64,000 nt of DNA, from NCBI GenBank assembly GCA_951406725.2, contig OX597822.1:69502001-69566000 (forward strand), given 5' to 3'. This stretch comes from Octopus vulgaris. Taxonomy: Eukaryota. Positions 1-52,659 of the stretch are shown one piece after another. Every line of letters begins with the position of its first letter. The first letter of the stretch is position 1. Position numbers and translations under genes: made by a program. The notes beneath the pieces were generated by a model. It was given only the letters and a program-made list of their open reading frames with translations. It did no database searches and was not told the origin of the DNA.

Positions 1-764
1 TTTATAAATTATTATCATTCACTGTTTTGATCATTAGCCTCAAACACACAGATTAAGAAAACCTATGTTATAACTGCTGTTGATTAACTACCAGTTTTCT
101 GGATGAGTTAAGTTACTTGGATTGATGTATGGAAGGAAGGCGTGTTTGAGGCGGGATGCGCTGAACCAGTCAGATTACTAATGTAGCGGTCATAAACCTT
201 ATAGAGTATTGTGTATCAATAAGGACATGTTTTGTATAATTTAAAATGCTCTGGATGTCTAATGTGTAGACAAGTTAGTGTTAATATCTATAATACATGG
301 ACCATTAAAAAACAAAGCGAAGTAGAAATGATAATCAAGATTTTTTGACAGCGTATTGCATGGCCTCAAGGATTTCCTGTTTTCCTCGATTCAGTCCATA
401 ATTACAAGAACCTCTATATTTTGACTCTCCATGTCTGTCTGATTCAATTTCCTTTATTTTTACGCTCTCGTTATATACATATATACATCCCAGCATCGTC
501 ACGGCCCTCGAGTTTAAGCTTCTAAAAGAGTATAGTAAATATATATATATATACACACACACACACATTCACATTTACACACACACATACACACACACGT
601 ACACACATACACACATACACGCACGCGCACACATACACACACATATATATTGAGCAGAATGTTAATATTGTAGGAATATTCCTGGGTTTGGTTGGTGTGT
701 GTGTGTATGTGTGTGTATATGTGTGTGTAACTGTATTTTGTATTTTGTGCATGAACAAATCAAT

Positions 765-770
765 TTTATT
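765..770 (-). promoter_or_regulatory. Candidate polyadenylation signal AATAAA
   Basis: TTTATT on + about 425 nt past the stop codon. The motif is common in AT-rich DNA. Confidence 0.35.
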
Positions 771-1194
771 AATTACAGCAATAAATAAATAGCCAATCTT
801 GGGTTTAAAAAGTTACAAAAGTAACTTCAAATATCACCATTCATATAGTTAACAGCAATAAAGTTTATGCGCTACATATAATATATATGTATGTATATGC
901 AGACATCTCAAAAGTAAATAGACGGCCCTCCCTCAAAATACCGTTTTATCTGTGCAGATGCTGTTCATCAGTTCGATTCTTAAGGGGGTTAAAGTATTTA
1001 AAAACTGCAGAAAACATGTCTAATAAATACTTGATTAAGTATTTTAATACATCAAATGACATTATTTTGTTTTTAGAAAATAAATCTTTCAAAACTGATT
1101 GCGTCTATTTACTTTTGATATGTTTATGTGCATTAAGTACGCGTCTGCGTACATAAATGTTCTGTAGATTGTAATGATAGTTGACAAGAACAGA

Positions 1195-38604
<37,410 letters not shown>

Positions 38605-39814
38605 CTTGCGTAAACAATGTCTCGCAGAAAACAGTCAGTTGTTTATATTTTTCCTCATAAATTGTAATCCTTACTTGTTATTTTCCGTTTAAAAAATTGC
38701 TGAATTATTGGAAATAAAAGAGAGAAATCATTATAAAAGTGATTGTACATTGAAAGTGTACGCATGTATGTGTGTGTGTGTACTCGTTTAGTATCGACTG
38801 TCAAAAAATAAAGGTACCCACACTCTAGCAGAGATTAATGATATTTTGGATGAGTCAGACTTGCAATACAGAGTTTCAGGCTAGTTATGACAGGGCTTTT
38901 CACACACACACACACACACATAAATACATACATGTATACGTATGTGATTAATTGTCCTTTTGCAATTTAGTACTTATGATATAAAATTTACTTATTTATC
39001 TTTTGTCATTTGCTATATTAAATAAAACGTAAGCTTTTAGTGTTGGTTACCAGACAGAAAAATTATAACTCATAGAGTCTTGTACCTGTGTATTTTGAAT
39101 TTTTGTCTCAAGAACACTGCAAGAGCCCCGGCTCTTTCACTGAGCTTTGCTTGTAGGACAATCTATAATATAACTTCACTTCTTACTAGCTTCAGTGTTT
39201 ATGACAGAAATTTCTTTCACACCTGACCATGCACGTGTGTGTGTGTGGTGTACTGTTTCTGCCAATCCCTCACCTCGAACAACTCAGGTATGACATACCT
39301 ACATTAATTTACTTATACAGTTCTTTTGTAATTGTCATGGATTTCCCCCATTCCACCCTCCTTTTCAGATTGAGGAAGAAACAAATGTTCTATTGAGTGA
39401 CGATTTATTTCCATTAATCATTCTATTCTTAAAAAATCATATTTCCATAAAGTAAAACTTACAACATGTGAAAACTTATGACGCAATTGAAAGTAATGCT
39501 CTAATTAATCACGCAATATCCTTTAACCTGTATGACTTATCAAAATATATTTTCTGCATACGCGGATTTAGTTCCTTCAAAGGCTGAGTGCGCCTAAAAT
39601 AGATATCGATAGTAAAGCAATAGCAATAACAACAGACAATAAGTTTGTGATTTCCTATGATATCGAAAATATATCAAATAAAACTAAATATGTCATCTAA
39701 TTAATATAAGGTGAGATAATTAAAGTTCTCCTATACGTTATCACTAATTGATGCATATTCCATCTGTAAATGTATTATTCTTTTAGCAACTAATGTTTCG
39801 AGTTGTGTTATCTT

Positions 39815-40067
39815 TTACTTGCTTCAATCAGCGGACTGCGGCCATGCTGGGGCTCCATCTTGAAGGTTACTTTTTTCTTTTAAATCGAACAGGTCGATCT
39901 CAGTAGTGATTTTTCCAAGTTTGTTACTTCTATCGGCGTCTTTTTTCGAACCGCTAAGTTATGAGGACGTAAGCAAACCAACACCAGCTGTCAAACGGTG
40001 GGAGTACAAACACAACATAAATACACACACACACAGATACATGCACATATATAACTTTGAGGAAGCC

Positions 40068-40112
<45 letters not shown>

Positions 40113-40252
40113 AGACAGGCAGGTTTCCTCAAAGTTTCTATCTACCAAAGACATTGGGAGAAGATACTTGGATAAGGTGCCGCGCAGTGGGACTGAACCC
40201 GAATCCACGAGGTTGCAAATCGAATATATTTACCACACTGTCATGGCTGCGC
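39815..40252 (-). mobile_element. SINE family A
   Basis: Reverse match to head and tail. Confidence 0.7.
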
Positions 40253-40633
40253 CTATTTATTTCCTTTTTATCATTATAATTAGTTTTGACATTTATTTTA
40301 ATGTCGCAACGAAATGTTCCTTACATATACAATTCTAAACGTGGGCACGGATGCATGGATAACAACCGGGTTCTATCTCACTTGCGAATGGTGAGAAGAG
40401 GAAAGATAGTTCAAGAAGAGTGAGGGGCTAATGGTGAGGGTACTAAAAGGGGTGGTACTTATATTTAACCACCACTGATATGGCGATTTCTGCATTTAAT
40501 ATAAAACACATTCAGCTAATACATCTCATGGTTGTTGATTTAATACTCTAAACACTACGCTATTTCTCTGCCTTAGTTTTAAACATTCATACAAACATGC
40601 CTGCATGTGTGGATATAAATATGTATGTAGACA

Positions 40634-40977
<344 letters not shown>

Positions 40978-41119
40978 CCCTCTCCTTCTCTTACACCTCC
41001 TCTTCCTCTTACTACTACAACTACTACTATTATTATTACGACGAATAGCTCTGATAAATAAACGAATAATAATAATAATAATAAAAGAGTTAAGATCAAA
41101 TATATAGCGAGCGTGTTTA

Positions 41120-41473
41120 TTGGCAAAACGACCGTCTATATCTACTCTAGCTAACTCCACGCAGTCTTCTACTGATATTAAGCCTTCCTTTCTAGGTAGG
41201 TATAATCTTACTACTCCTGCCCTTGGGTGGAGTCCTCCATTCATATTGAATCCCTTCCTGGTTCTGTCTGACTTTGCTAATTCAGTTTTTGTCCAGTCTA
41301 CAAAAGCTGCTGAGTATCTAAGTAATTATAGTGCGCAAATATTTACAGCCTCCACTAGATTCAGACCATTTAGCTTTGACTTCATTAGCTTCCTAACCCT
41401 TCTGATGTACTCCTTCTCAATATTCGTTTTCATTTCTGTAGTCAGTACTCTGTCAGATTCTAATACTTTTAGA

Positions 41474-41476
<3 letters not shown>
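41120..41476 (-). mobile_element. R4/Dong-like LINE internal fragment
   Basis: MNGGLHPRAGVVRLYLPRKEGLISVEDCV. Confidence 0.7.
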
Positions 41477-41506
<30 letters not shown>

Positions 41507-41507
<1 letters not shown>

Positions 41508-42053
41508 GAGTGAGAGAGCAGTGCATGCCATCAAAGTGATACTGGGGTAAAATATACAAAGCCCAGTACACCCATCATGACTACCTGTCTGATAAGGATA
41601 CTCCAGGCACATGCATCACAACCATATGTGCGCGACATTGTGATCTCATATCAAGATAAACAGCGCATGACCTTGCAGGTGGGGCCCAGTTAGAATTTTC
41701 TTCAGGTTGAGTAACCCATCCTGCTCAAAAGGTTCCTCAATAAGGGTTTTTAAGGATGTTGAACGAAACACCCATGTTTCCAGAGGTGAATTATCCAAAC
41801 CTCTAAGAATTCCTTTCAACACACGGCTATGATGCTCCCCCGCTACTTCTACTCGTGATCAGAGATGCACATATCGTCAGCCACTAAGGGACAAGCTCAA
41901 CTGGTAAGGTCAAACAACTGACAAGCAAATATGTGGTATTGAACAGAATATTTGCTGTAGCCTATCTTTTATACTAAGACAAAACAATATACATAATAAC
42001 ACTTCCAATCAGTTAAGATCAGAAGCCATGAGAGCCACTGCCTGGTACTGCAT
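41507..42053 (-). mobile_element. (AAT)n-tailed non-coding element, third copy
   Basis: Matches 33022-33570. Confidence 0.8.
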
Positions 42054-42054
42054 C

Positions 42055-43700
42055 GTGTGCAATTTTTCATTTCGTTTTGGTTTACATACACGTGTTCCAC
42101 TCTGTTTTACTGCATTTTTTTTTGCTTTAGTCTCTCAGCCGCATTCGAACCTTCGACTGAACCGACTGTATTTCAACAGAACACTTATGGACATATTCCA
42201 TACTTTGAATAGTTTCATCCATTCTTTGCTGAATAAATTAAGTGAACTTTTTAACACATGTATCTTTGCCTTTTTCATTTGACCTTGCAATGTTACTTAA
42301 CATACGAATTCACCGAAAAAATATACTCTTTTTCCTATAACACCAGGTGCTACCTTTTTCGATTTAATTTCAGCTTACCGACATATTTCCACGTTTTTAC
42401 GTTTATAATGGTGATATCACTTCCAGTTTCCAATCACATTTTAACACTTGTATTTCTGATTTTCACATTCACGAATTTCCTCATTGTTATATTACCAATT
42501 TCTTCCAATGACATACTATTTGTTCTTTTTCCTTTGTTCTAACCTTTTGTCATCTTCGTTCTACAGTGCGTCTTTATATGTTTGATATCTCCACAACGAA
42601 AGCACTCCGCTTTTTTTAATGGACCATTTTTCCTCAGGGGTATACCTCCACATGCAAAATATGGGTTTATTTCCTGATTTTTGCCGTGTTTTTTAGAAAA
42701 CACTTAATCTCTATTCTGACTATTTCGCACTTGTTTTACTTAGAAACAATCTTTACGTTCAATTCCCTGTGTCGTGTCTTTGACTCACCTCTCACATTCT
42801 TCCGACACTTGCTGTAGGGTTACATCCTGGTTTTGTACCAGCTTTCCGAGAATACTAGTTCTAACATCTGCGACATTTTCGGCAGTAAGTCCCTATGTAA
42901 AAATCAGGCTTTTGAACATATCTAGCATTAATTCTACCAGATTAAACTCCTCGCATTTTCTGTTGACTCAACCATCATATGTAATCTAGTCTTCGTCGTT
43001 GTTTTTCTGTATGTTCAGACACTTCAAACGTATTTTGAACAATGAGCTTTTTTCACTGAAACTTTTACACACTATATCTATTGTGTCACTAAAGTTTATG
43101 TTCGAATGTTTTCTTGGAAGTACAAAATTACTGTATTGTTCATGTTCTGTTGCCGCCAGTTTTCTCAAGATTAAACGTGTTTTCATCTCGTCAACTCGTC
43201 ATGTTCGTATTTGAACTTTGTTATGGAGTTCGCGACATAGTCTGGCGAAAACACTTTTTCGGAATTTCCTGACGACTTCATTTATTACTATTTCAGCATT
43301 TATTGCAGTAATAGTAATTGTTGCTGTTGTACTTTCAATTGTTGTTGCTCTTTCTGTAACTCGAGCAAACCGGCCAACAAGTTTTTCATAAATTTTACGA
43401 TCGTTTTTTTTTTCGTAAAATTCACACAATAAAACTTCGTAAGTTTTTTTAACTTCTCGTGAGTTGTTAATTCCTTGTAGAATTTATTAATTTCTCGTGA
43501 GTTGTTTAAATCCTCGTCGCCATTGTTATATCCTTACAAATGTTGGATTATTATAGCGCCCATTTCAGTATAAGGTATATTTAGTAAAACCAGTAAAGAC
43601 ACGACTATCTATAACTGCCTACTACGTACTCTGGTACTTCACGTACTTCTCTTTACTTATAGTGGCTAGGGTTTTCCGTTCGTCAAAGGGGAGGGGTGTA
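42055..43700 (-). mobile_element. Ty3/gypsy LTR retrotransposon remnant (LTR end, PBS, degraded gag with zinc knuckles)
   Basis: LTR ...TATAACA then PBS TGGCGACGAGGAT (43510-43522), complementary to the tRNA-Ser(GCT) 3' end; KTRLILRKL..EHEQYSNFVLP; CFRCGDIKHIKTHC. Confidence 0.8.
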
Positions 43701-43822
43701 CCATTATTACTAATTTCCTACAACAGTATGTATGTATATGCATATAGATAGAGAGAGAGATTGATAGATACATACACACATACATATATTCACACTTACA
43801 TATAAGCACATATATGTCTGTG

Positions 43823-43901
<79 letters not shown>

Positions 43902-45054
43902 ACAAACAAACAAACAAACAAACAAACAAAGAGAGAGAGAATTTTTAATTACTTGGTAGTACTTCTCTTTCTCATTATCAGTCGGTAGTAATCGTTGTTA
44001 GGTATTTGTTTATCTTCTAATGTTAGAAAATGATTTGACTAGAGAGGTTACTTACTGTTTATCTTCCCACTTTGAATGAATAATAAAAGTATAGGAATAT
44101 CAGATCAATTGATAATTTCTATTATGTTGACATAAAGTAGCTAAATGCATGAAAATCAAAATTATTGAATGCTCTTGCTCTGAATATTTAAGTAACTGTG
44201 TTTGTTTGTGTGTATATATACATACGGTGTTTTAAGGTAGACTGTCTAGTTATTTACTCTCCATTGGTGTTCCCTGGCTCAGTGTGCCCAACAACAACAA
44301 CAAAAAAAGAACGGGGCGGCCATGACTGATATACGTTTAAACTAAGGTGCACTCAACTACAGGTTGGTCTGAGGCAATAAAAAAAAACAATATCTCTGAT
44401 ACTAAAATAATGTTCACTGATATATTCATGAATATTGACCAACAGAGACGTATAGATATCTTCACCTGTCAGCAAAGTCATGAAACTGTAGATTGCGGAG
44501 CCAAGAATAACCACAACCAATAACTTTTAAATACCATCCAAGCTTTATTTTACTGGAGTTAGATATTCTTTAGAAATGTGGAAGAAGGTAAAAGGTCTGA
44601 ACCAAACTTGTACTTTTAATAATAAAATTAAAAGTGTGTCTTCTTTAGTGTCAACAAAGCTTATTCAGTTATGTAGTCAACTGTGCATCCTACTCAGTGA
44701 ATGGGCTTAAAGTGATAACATTCCACTTATACGCGTACGCTTCACGTAATTCTCAGATTAAGTCAGCGTGATACGACATTGCAGTTGGCCCATATCTGCT
44801 TTAAAGCATATATACAATCATCAGCGTCTCTCTCTCTCCCTCACACACACACATACACACACACACATACACACACATATACACACACACACACACACTT
44901 TCCATCTAACCGATTTCACTCCGAGGGCTCGAGACTATAGTCCATGATTTCGATGAGAACTTCTTAACCATCCGGTAAATGCTACATCCATATAACAACA
45001 TAGTTACAACGTATATATAAATGTGAATACTAACATATGTAAGGTAATTATGGT

Positions 45055-45265
45055 TTGAAATTTTGGCACAGGCACTGCAATTTCTGAAGAGATGTTCAGT
45101 CGATTACATCGAACCCAGTGTTCAATTGGTATTTATTTTATCGACCTGCAAAGGATGAAAGGCTAAGTCGACCTCGTCGGAATTCTATCTCAGAACTTAA
45201 AGACGGACGAAATGTCGCTAAGTATTTTGCCCAGCATGCTAAACGATTCTGTCAGCTCGCCACCT
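45055..45265 (-). mobile_element. SINE family B
   Basis: Reverse match to 19110-19270. Confidence 0.75.
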
Positions 45266-45355
45266 CATATATGTAAGATAATAACGTGTATACAAAGGCA
45301 CATTCACACAATCACAACACGCATTCCAATAGACGCTCTAATCTGAATAATAAAA

Positions 45356-45376
45356 TCTATACATATAAAGCTGAAG

Positions 45377-45429
<53 letters not shown>

Positions 45430-45836
45430 CGTGTGGCAGGTTTGGTAGCCTTCAACTAACACTATCTCCTCCGAGACTCTGCGGCGCAGGTTGACCAAAA
45501 TTAAGAGTATGATAGAAGAAGGCTTGCTCTTCATTCCATAGAAGAAAAAATTCAAATTGGACCATGTTAACACCAAAAACTATTTACATCAAAAAGGTGC
45601 TTTTTTTCTATGAAAATTCCTATTTTTTACGATTTTTGACTGCTGTGTCGCCATTTTTCGGTGTATTTCAACCAGAAAAATGTTCACTTAAAGAGAGTAA
45701 CAAGCTACATAATGCAAAACTTTTACTTTTCAAAAAAATTGAAACTGTCAAAACTTTGTTAATGCGACATCAAAGTGTGCCGTTTAAAGCACAACTAAAA
45801 AAAACAAACCCGAGCAACGCCGGGCTATACTGCTAG
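45356..45836 (+). mobile_element. Non-autonomous Helitron-like element
   Basis: A|TC...cccgagcaacgccggg...CTAG|T termini, no TSD. Confidence 0.8.
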
Positions 45837-45864
45837 TATATAATGTAACTATTTAACATAAAAG

Positions 45865-45945
<81 letters not shown>

Positions 45946-46284
45946 TAGAAAATTACTATTTTTAAATCTGACAACAAGAGAAATTCAGCAACAGTACTTT
46001 GGAGTAAAGATTGTTTGCTACCATAACATGGCAGTCCTAATTTAGGACGAATGCTGCTGTAATTTAGCCCCAGAAGACATCGTCTCCAGCTTGGATAATT
46101 TAAATAGCTTGGATAATTTGAGTAAAAGATACTCTTCGTCTAACAGCAAACGAAGAGTAGGAAGAAACAAATCAGAGCTGGAAACGCGTTTTTCCCTCGA
46201 GTAGCAGACGAAGGAAGACTTGTCTCAAAATTTCGATCCGTCTTCATAAACTTCATATAATTTAGGTGTGCACACGGGCACGCG

Positions 46285-46364
<80 letters not shown>

Positions 46365-46501
46365 CATATATATATACACATACAGCAAAAACAATTAAGA
46401 TTCAAGTGAATTCCAATGAATTCAAATGAATATGGTACTTAACTTAGATACACCAGAATTCTTTAATGGTATTAACCATAAAATAATGTGGGGTGATTAT
46501 A

Positions 46502-46567
<66 letters not shown>

Positions 46568-46614
46568 TACAAATATATATATATATATATACATATATAT
46601 ATACAAATATATAT

Positions 46615-46698
<84 letters not shown>

Positions 46699-46850
46699 GC
46701 GTGTGTGTTTTATCTACGACAACCAAACTTAAATTGAAGCAGCGCTCAGTACGAGCTACTAGTAGTTTCATACACTGGAGATGCAGTCTAGGCAGACTTT
46801 TTATAACACGCCTTGTGTCTCCAAGCAATCTTCAAGAGACACAAGGCATG

Positions 46851-46887
<37 letters not shown>

Positions 46888-47029
46888 TATATACACGTAC
46901 ATGTATAAACAGTGTTATCCCTAAATAAACACACACACATACATACACACACACACATATATATATGTATGTATTGCGTATAAATTGCTTACATATGCGT
47001 GTGTACGAGTGCTTGTGTGTGTGTGTCTT

Positions 47030-47220
47030 TGTGTCTGACAACCGATGTTGGTGTGTTTACGTCCCCGTAATTTAGCGGTTCGGCGAAAGAGACCGATAGA
47101 ATAAGTACTAAGCTTACAAAGAATAAGTCCTGGGGTTGATCTGTTCGACTAAAGGCGATGCTCCAGCATGGCTGCAGTTAAAGGATTGAAACAAGTAAAT
47201 GAATAAAAGAATAAAAGAAT
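47030..47220 (+). mobile_element. SINE family A 3' half
   Basis: Body and tail match 2020-2193. Confidence 0.75.
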
Positions 47221-47692
47221 ATGTTTTAGGCTTTACTTCAGCTGATCCTTGTATCTCCAAGCAATCTTCAGGAGACACAAGGCGTGTTATAAATACCTAC
47301 CAAGAATGCATCTCCAAAGTATGAAACTAACGGTAGCTCGTACCTTTACACTGCATTTATTAAATGTTATTTATCTCTCACTGGAATCGATCCCAAAGCC
47401 TGTGACATCGAAGCTCGAGACAGACACCTGCTGGCATCATCCTTTTTCCTCTGTGACAAATCATTTTGAAGCTGAACGCCAGAGGAAAGAGGGAGAGAAA
47501 CGGCAAGAAAGAAAATAGAGGCTGCAACAACCAACGCCTCTACCACGGATCCCAAGTGAACTTTGCAACAGACACTTCCATGCAAGAATTGGCCTCATTC
47601 GTCATCAGATGCATGAACACGGACAGAGGGCAAGAAGTGGTCAAGAAGAAACCAAATAAATTATCGGACATACGATAAAACTCCGACGACGA

Positions 47693-47732
<40 letters not shown>

Positions 47733-48056
47733 TATGTCCTAACAAAGAAATTTATTTAACGAACCATATAACCCCAATACATAAAGTAGTGATCGAGTCT
47801 TATTTGTCGTCAAGAAAGTACACCAGTTACTGAAACCCGTACAGTTTCGTGCTAGAACACTTATCAAGCGGAATCAGATTTAAAACGTTGCATCAAATTG
47901 TTTCCCTGTAAATTTGATGTTATTTCCGATTCTGGTTCAATTAGTTGTGTGCTCTGGCTTAAAAGTTGAAACTTCAGTCAAAGTTTCTCATTTTGTGTGC
48001 GCGTGCGTGAGGGTGCGCACGCGTGTCTGTATGTGTGCATACAGAGAGATTTACTT

Positions 48057-48111
<55 letters not shown>

Positions 48112-48403
48112 TATATAATAAATATTAGGGAATAAATCCAAATTTACAGGGAAAAATCAGATTTAGGATTGAATCCAATTTTATAGCAAAATATTATATA
48201 ATATTAATTAGAGACAAAACCACTATTTTGCAAATCAAACAAAGAAAGACTTAATCCAATACATAAAAAAATTTAATATAAAATAAATAAAATTAAAATT
48301 AAATTAAAATTTAATTTTATTTTATTTATTTTATATTAATTTTTTTTATGTATTGGATTAAGTCTTTCTTTGGTTTTGTCTCTAATTAATATTATATATA
48401 TAC

Positions 48404-48539
<136 letters not shown>

Positions 48540-49036
48540 GTAAGCTTAGTACTTATTCTATCGGTCTCTTTCGCCGAACCGCTAAATTACGGGGACGTAA
48601 ACACACCAACATCGGTTGTCAGACACAAAGACACACACACACAAGCACTCGTACACACGCATATGTAAGCAATTTATACGCAATACATACATATATATGT
48701 GTGTGTGTGTGTATGTATGTGTGTGTGTGTTTATTTAGGGATAACACTGTTTATACATGTACGTGTATATATCTGTATATATAGATAGATAGATAGATAG
48801 AAATAAGCACAAACACATATGTATGTATACATAAATATGTGTGAGTGTGTGTGTGTATGTGCATGTGTGTGTGTGTATTCTTGGTATCACGAAATTAATT
48901 TGATACTTCATAATAATCAAGATTTCAAACAATCAATAATTTACGTGCTAATGTTACATACATAGTGTGAAAAAGTATATGTGAATGTGTGTGCGTGCGT
49001 GCGTGCGTGTGTGTGTGTGTGTGTGTGTGCGCGTGC

Positions 49037-49079
<43 letters not shown>

Positions 49080-49474
49080 TGTTTTGCCTTAGGCTGACCT
49101 ATATATGTAAGAGCAGACTTTCCTACCTGTTGCGTATGATCTCCCTCCTGGATCAGGACTAACACAAAGATATGTTACAAGCTTCACTTGATTTCCATTG
49201 AAGTAACTTCTCATTGGTTAGTTTTAACTTTGCTTTGTTCAGTATTTTTGTTTAGCCAATCGTACATTTTCTCATAGTCATCGCTCACACTACCTCTCAC
49301 ACTTCACTTTCCTTTCCTCCTATACATTGCTCACCTGCCTTTTTCTTTTTCTCCCGCTCGCTCACTCACTCTTTAATTCTTTATTCTTTTTTTCTATAAT
49401 TCTTTATTCCGCTCGCTCACTCTTACCGTCACCTTTTCTATTCTTCTTCTAACTCGCCCTCATTCTCTCTCTCA

Positions 49475-49510
<36 letters not shown>

Positions 49511-50035
49511 ATATCTTTCTCTTTCTCTCTTTCTTTCACTCTCTCTCTCTCTCACTATATCTTTCTCTTTCTCTCTTTCTTTCACTCTCTCTCTCTCACT
49601 CACTCTCTCTCACACACACACACACATATACACATACCCTTCCACTTTCTTTCTCACTCTTTCTTTTGTTTACTATTCTTACCTGCTCTTTTTCATTTTC
49701 CCTCTCACACCTTCTTTTTACACTCTTCCACTGGTTTTCTTATTTTTTCACCTCATATCATTTTTTCTTTCTTTTTTCTCGAGCTCTCTCTGTTCCTCGA
49801 TTTTTCTCGAGAATTCTTTCTCTGTTCACTTCCTAACTAACTGACAAACAATTTTGGTAAATCCTTGATATTTCAGGCTATTTTCCCTTGTCATTTGAGT
49901 CTCACCTAATTACCACCAGGCAATTGTTTTGCCTTACCTAGGAGATAATTTAAATATATCAAGAAGTTTTCTTTCATGATATTTAATATATCTTTGTTCC
50001 TCTTCATTGCTCAGAGACATGCTTGTAGCAACAGG

Positions 50036-50087
<52 letters not shown>

Positions 50088-50169
50088 CAGATGGAAGTGG
50101 ATATAGCACAGAAGTAAGGCGAAGACATTTCAATTTCTAGAGGGAATTTAATAAAAATGATTTTTTAAA

Positions 50170-50408
50170 ATTATTATATAAAGAAAATATTACCGGTTTT
50201 GCTGAACCTCATCTTAACAAATGCCAGTAAAGATTTATAAAAATTTGAAGTAAAAACAGTTTATCTTCTGTCTGTGGGGCTGGGTGGGGGGCTAAGAACA
50301 TGTCTTGACCCCCACCGACAGAAGATAAATTGTCTTTGCTTCAAATTTTTACTGATATTTGATAAGATGAGATTCATTGAACCGGTAATATTTTCTTTAT
50401 ATAATAAT
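50170..50408. mobile_element. Foldback/MITE-like palindrome
   Basis: attattatataaagaaaatattaccggtt ... aaccggtaatattttctttatataataat; imperfect arms of about 110 bp. Confidence 0.75.
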
Positions 50409-50463
50409 GTTTTTTAGATCTCTAATCTTTTTCAACACACACACACGCACACACGCACACACA

Positions 50464-50541
<78 letters not shown>

Positions 50542-50799
50542 ATAAGGAAGAAAGAATAAACAACCTCTCCAAGTCATATAGACTCATAGAGTCGGTTTCC
50601 TGGTTTCCGTGAAGCCTGGACGGGACACCGGTCTGTTTCAGGATTACTCGTTCTTTCCAGCTGACTGAACTGGAGCAACATGAAACGAAGAGTTTTGCCC
50701 AAGAACATAACACATCACCCAGCCCATGAATTGAAACTACAATCATACGATCATGAAACAAACACCCTAACCACTAATCCACTCGCCCCCACATATATA

Positions 50800-51052
50800 C
50801 AGGATTGGCCAAAAGTCGCCCGACAGTTAATCAAAATTTCATAAATACTTAATATTCAACTTTATTTATTCATTTCAATTATGAATGATTAATAATTGAA
50901 TGCTGTGAGTTAAAATCCCCGTTTCTTTTTTTTTTTTTTTTATTCAACATTTGTCTATTTATTAGAGAAGTCTCGTATAAAATGTTTTTTTGTTTTAATC
51001 TTGGAATTAAATGGGTTTTGATTTACTGTCATGTGACTTCTGGCCAACCATG
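50800..51052. mobile_element. Tc1/mariner-type MITE
   Basis: TIRs caggattggccaaaagtcgcccgacagt / actgtcatgtgacttctggccaaccatg, following TA. Confidence 0.7.
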
Positions 51053-51073
51053 CATACACATACATACTTATAT

Positions 51074-51216
51074 ATGAGGGGGGGCTGCAGATTTCCAGTC
51101 TTTAGATAAAAGAAAATACAGGAGGAACAGTTAATTATGATTTTATTCAACATATTCCCCTCTCAGATTCACACACTTATTGAAGCAGTCGTTCAACTTT
51201 TCAGCACACCCTCGTA
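51074..51216. mobile_element. Short mariner-derived MITE
   Basis: ta-tgagggggggctgcag ... ttcagcacaccctcg-ta. Confidence 0.55.
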
Positions 51217-51260
51217 CAGCTAGCTAGACAGACAGACAGACAGATAGATAGGTAGGTAGG

Positions 51261-51349
<89 letters not shown>

Positions 51350-51359
51350 TACTATCACA

Positions 51360-51735
51360 TCATTCCGTCGGTTACGACAAGGGCTCCAGTTGATCCAATC
51401 AACGGAACAGCCAGCTCGTGAAATTAACGTGCAAGTAGCTGAGCACTCTACAGACACGTGTACCCTTAACGTAGTTCTCGGGGAGATTCAGCGTGACACT
51501 GAGTGTGACAAGACTGGCCCTTTGAAAATACAGGTACAACAGAAACAGGAAGAAAAAGTGAGAGAAAGTTGTGGTGAAAGAGTACAGCAGGGTTCACCAC
51601 CATCCCCTGCCGGAGCTTCGTGGAGCTTTAAGTGTTTTCACTCAATAAACACTCACAATGCCCGGTCTGGGAATCGAAACCACGATCCTACGACTGCGAG
51701 TCCGCTGCCCTAACCACTGAGCTATTGCGTCTCTA
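51360..51735 (-). mobile_element. SINE family C inside (GATA)n
   Basis: Close match to 35256-35632. Confidence 0.8.
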
Positions 51736-51736
51736 C

Positions 51737-51830
<94 letters not shown>

Positions 51831-52415
51831 CAGATAGATATACTTATATATGTTTATGTGTGCACACGCGCGATGAGGTAGATGCAGAATATGGAGAACT
51901 CAAAGAATAGTGTATCTGTTCACTCTCTATGTTTTCAGCAAATTCGAACGTGATTATGCTGATCGGTATTGTTTTTCATTATCAGAATACACCTATCTCC
52001 TCTAGGCGATGGTTGTTAATAATACTCGTGATTCGTTGATGTAAAGTAACTTTGAAATCGTGGTATTTCGACGTTATTATATATTTCCTCAGTCAAAGCT
52101 TCTCACGGATTACTATGTGTGTGGTGCAGTCGACAAAGATTTTCACCGCTCTACCTGCAACATCAAGGCCGAACTGGTGGTTAAGATCAAGGCGTTCGAA
52201 GTAGGTAGGTAGGTAAGTAGGTATGTAGGTAGGTGGGTAGGTAGGTGCGCCGGGTTCCGGAGCCGTCTTGAAGCTGTGGTAGAAGATGACTGCAGCTACT
52301 TCCAACCATAATTTACTTTATATTTTTTATATCTTTTTATTTGATACTTTCATTTTGGGATGGGATATTGTGCTTTCTTTTCTTTTTATGAAAGTTTTCA
52401 AATTTAACTAGAAGG

Positions 52416-52488
<73 letters not shown>

Positions 52489-52563
52489 TGAGTGTATGAG
52501 TGTGTGTGTGTGTGTGTGAGTGTGTGTGTGTGTGTGTGTGTGAGTGTGTGTGTGTGTGAGTGT

Positions 52564-52656
<93 letters not shown>

Positions 52657-52659
<3 letters not shown>

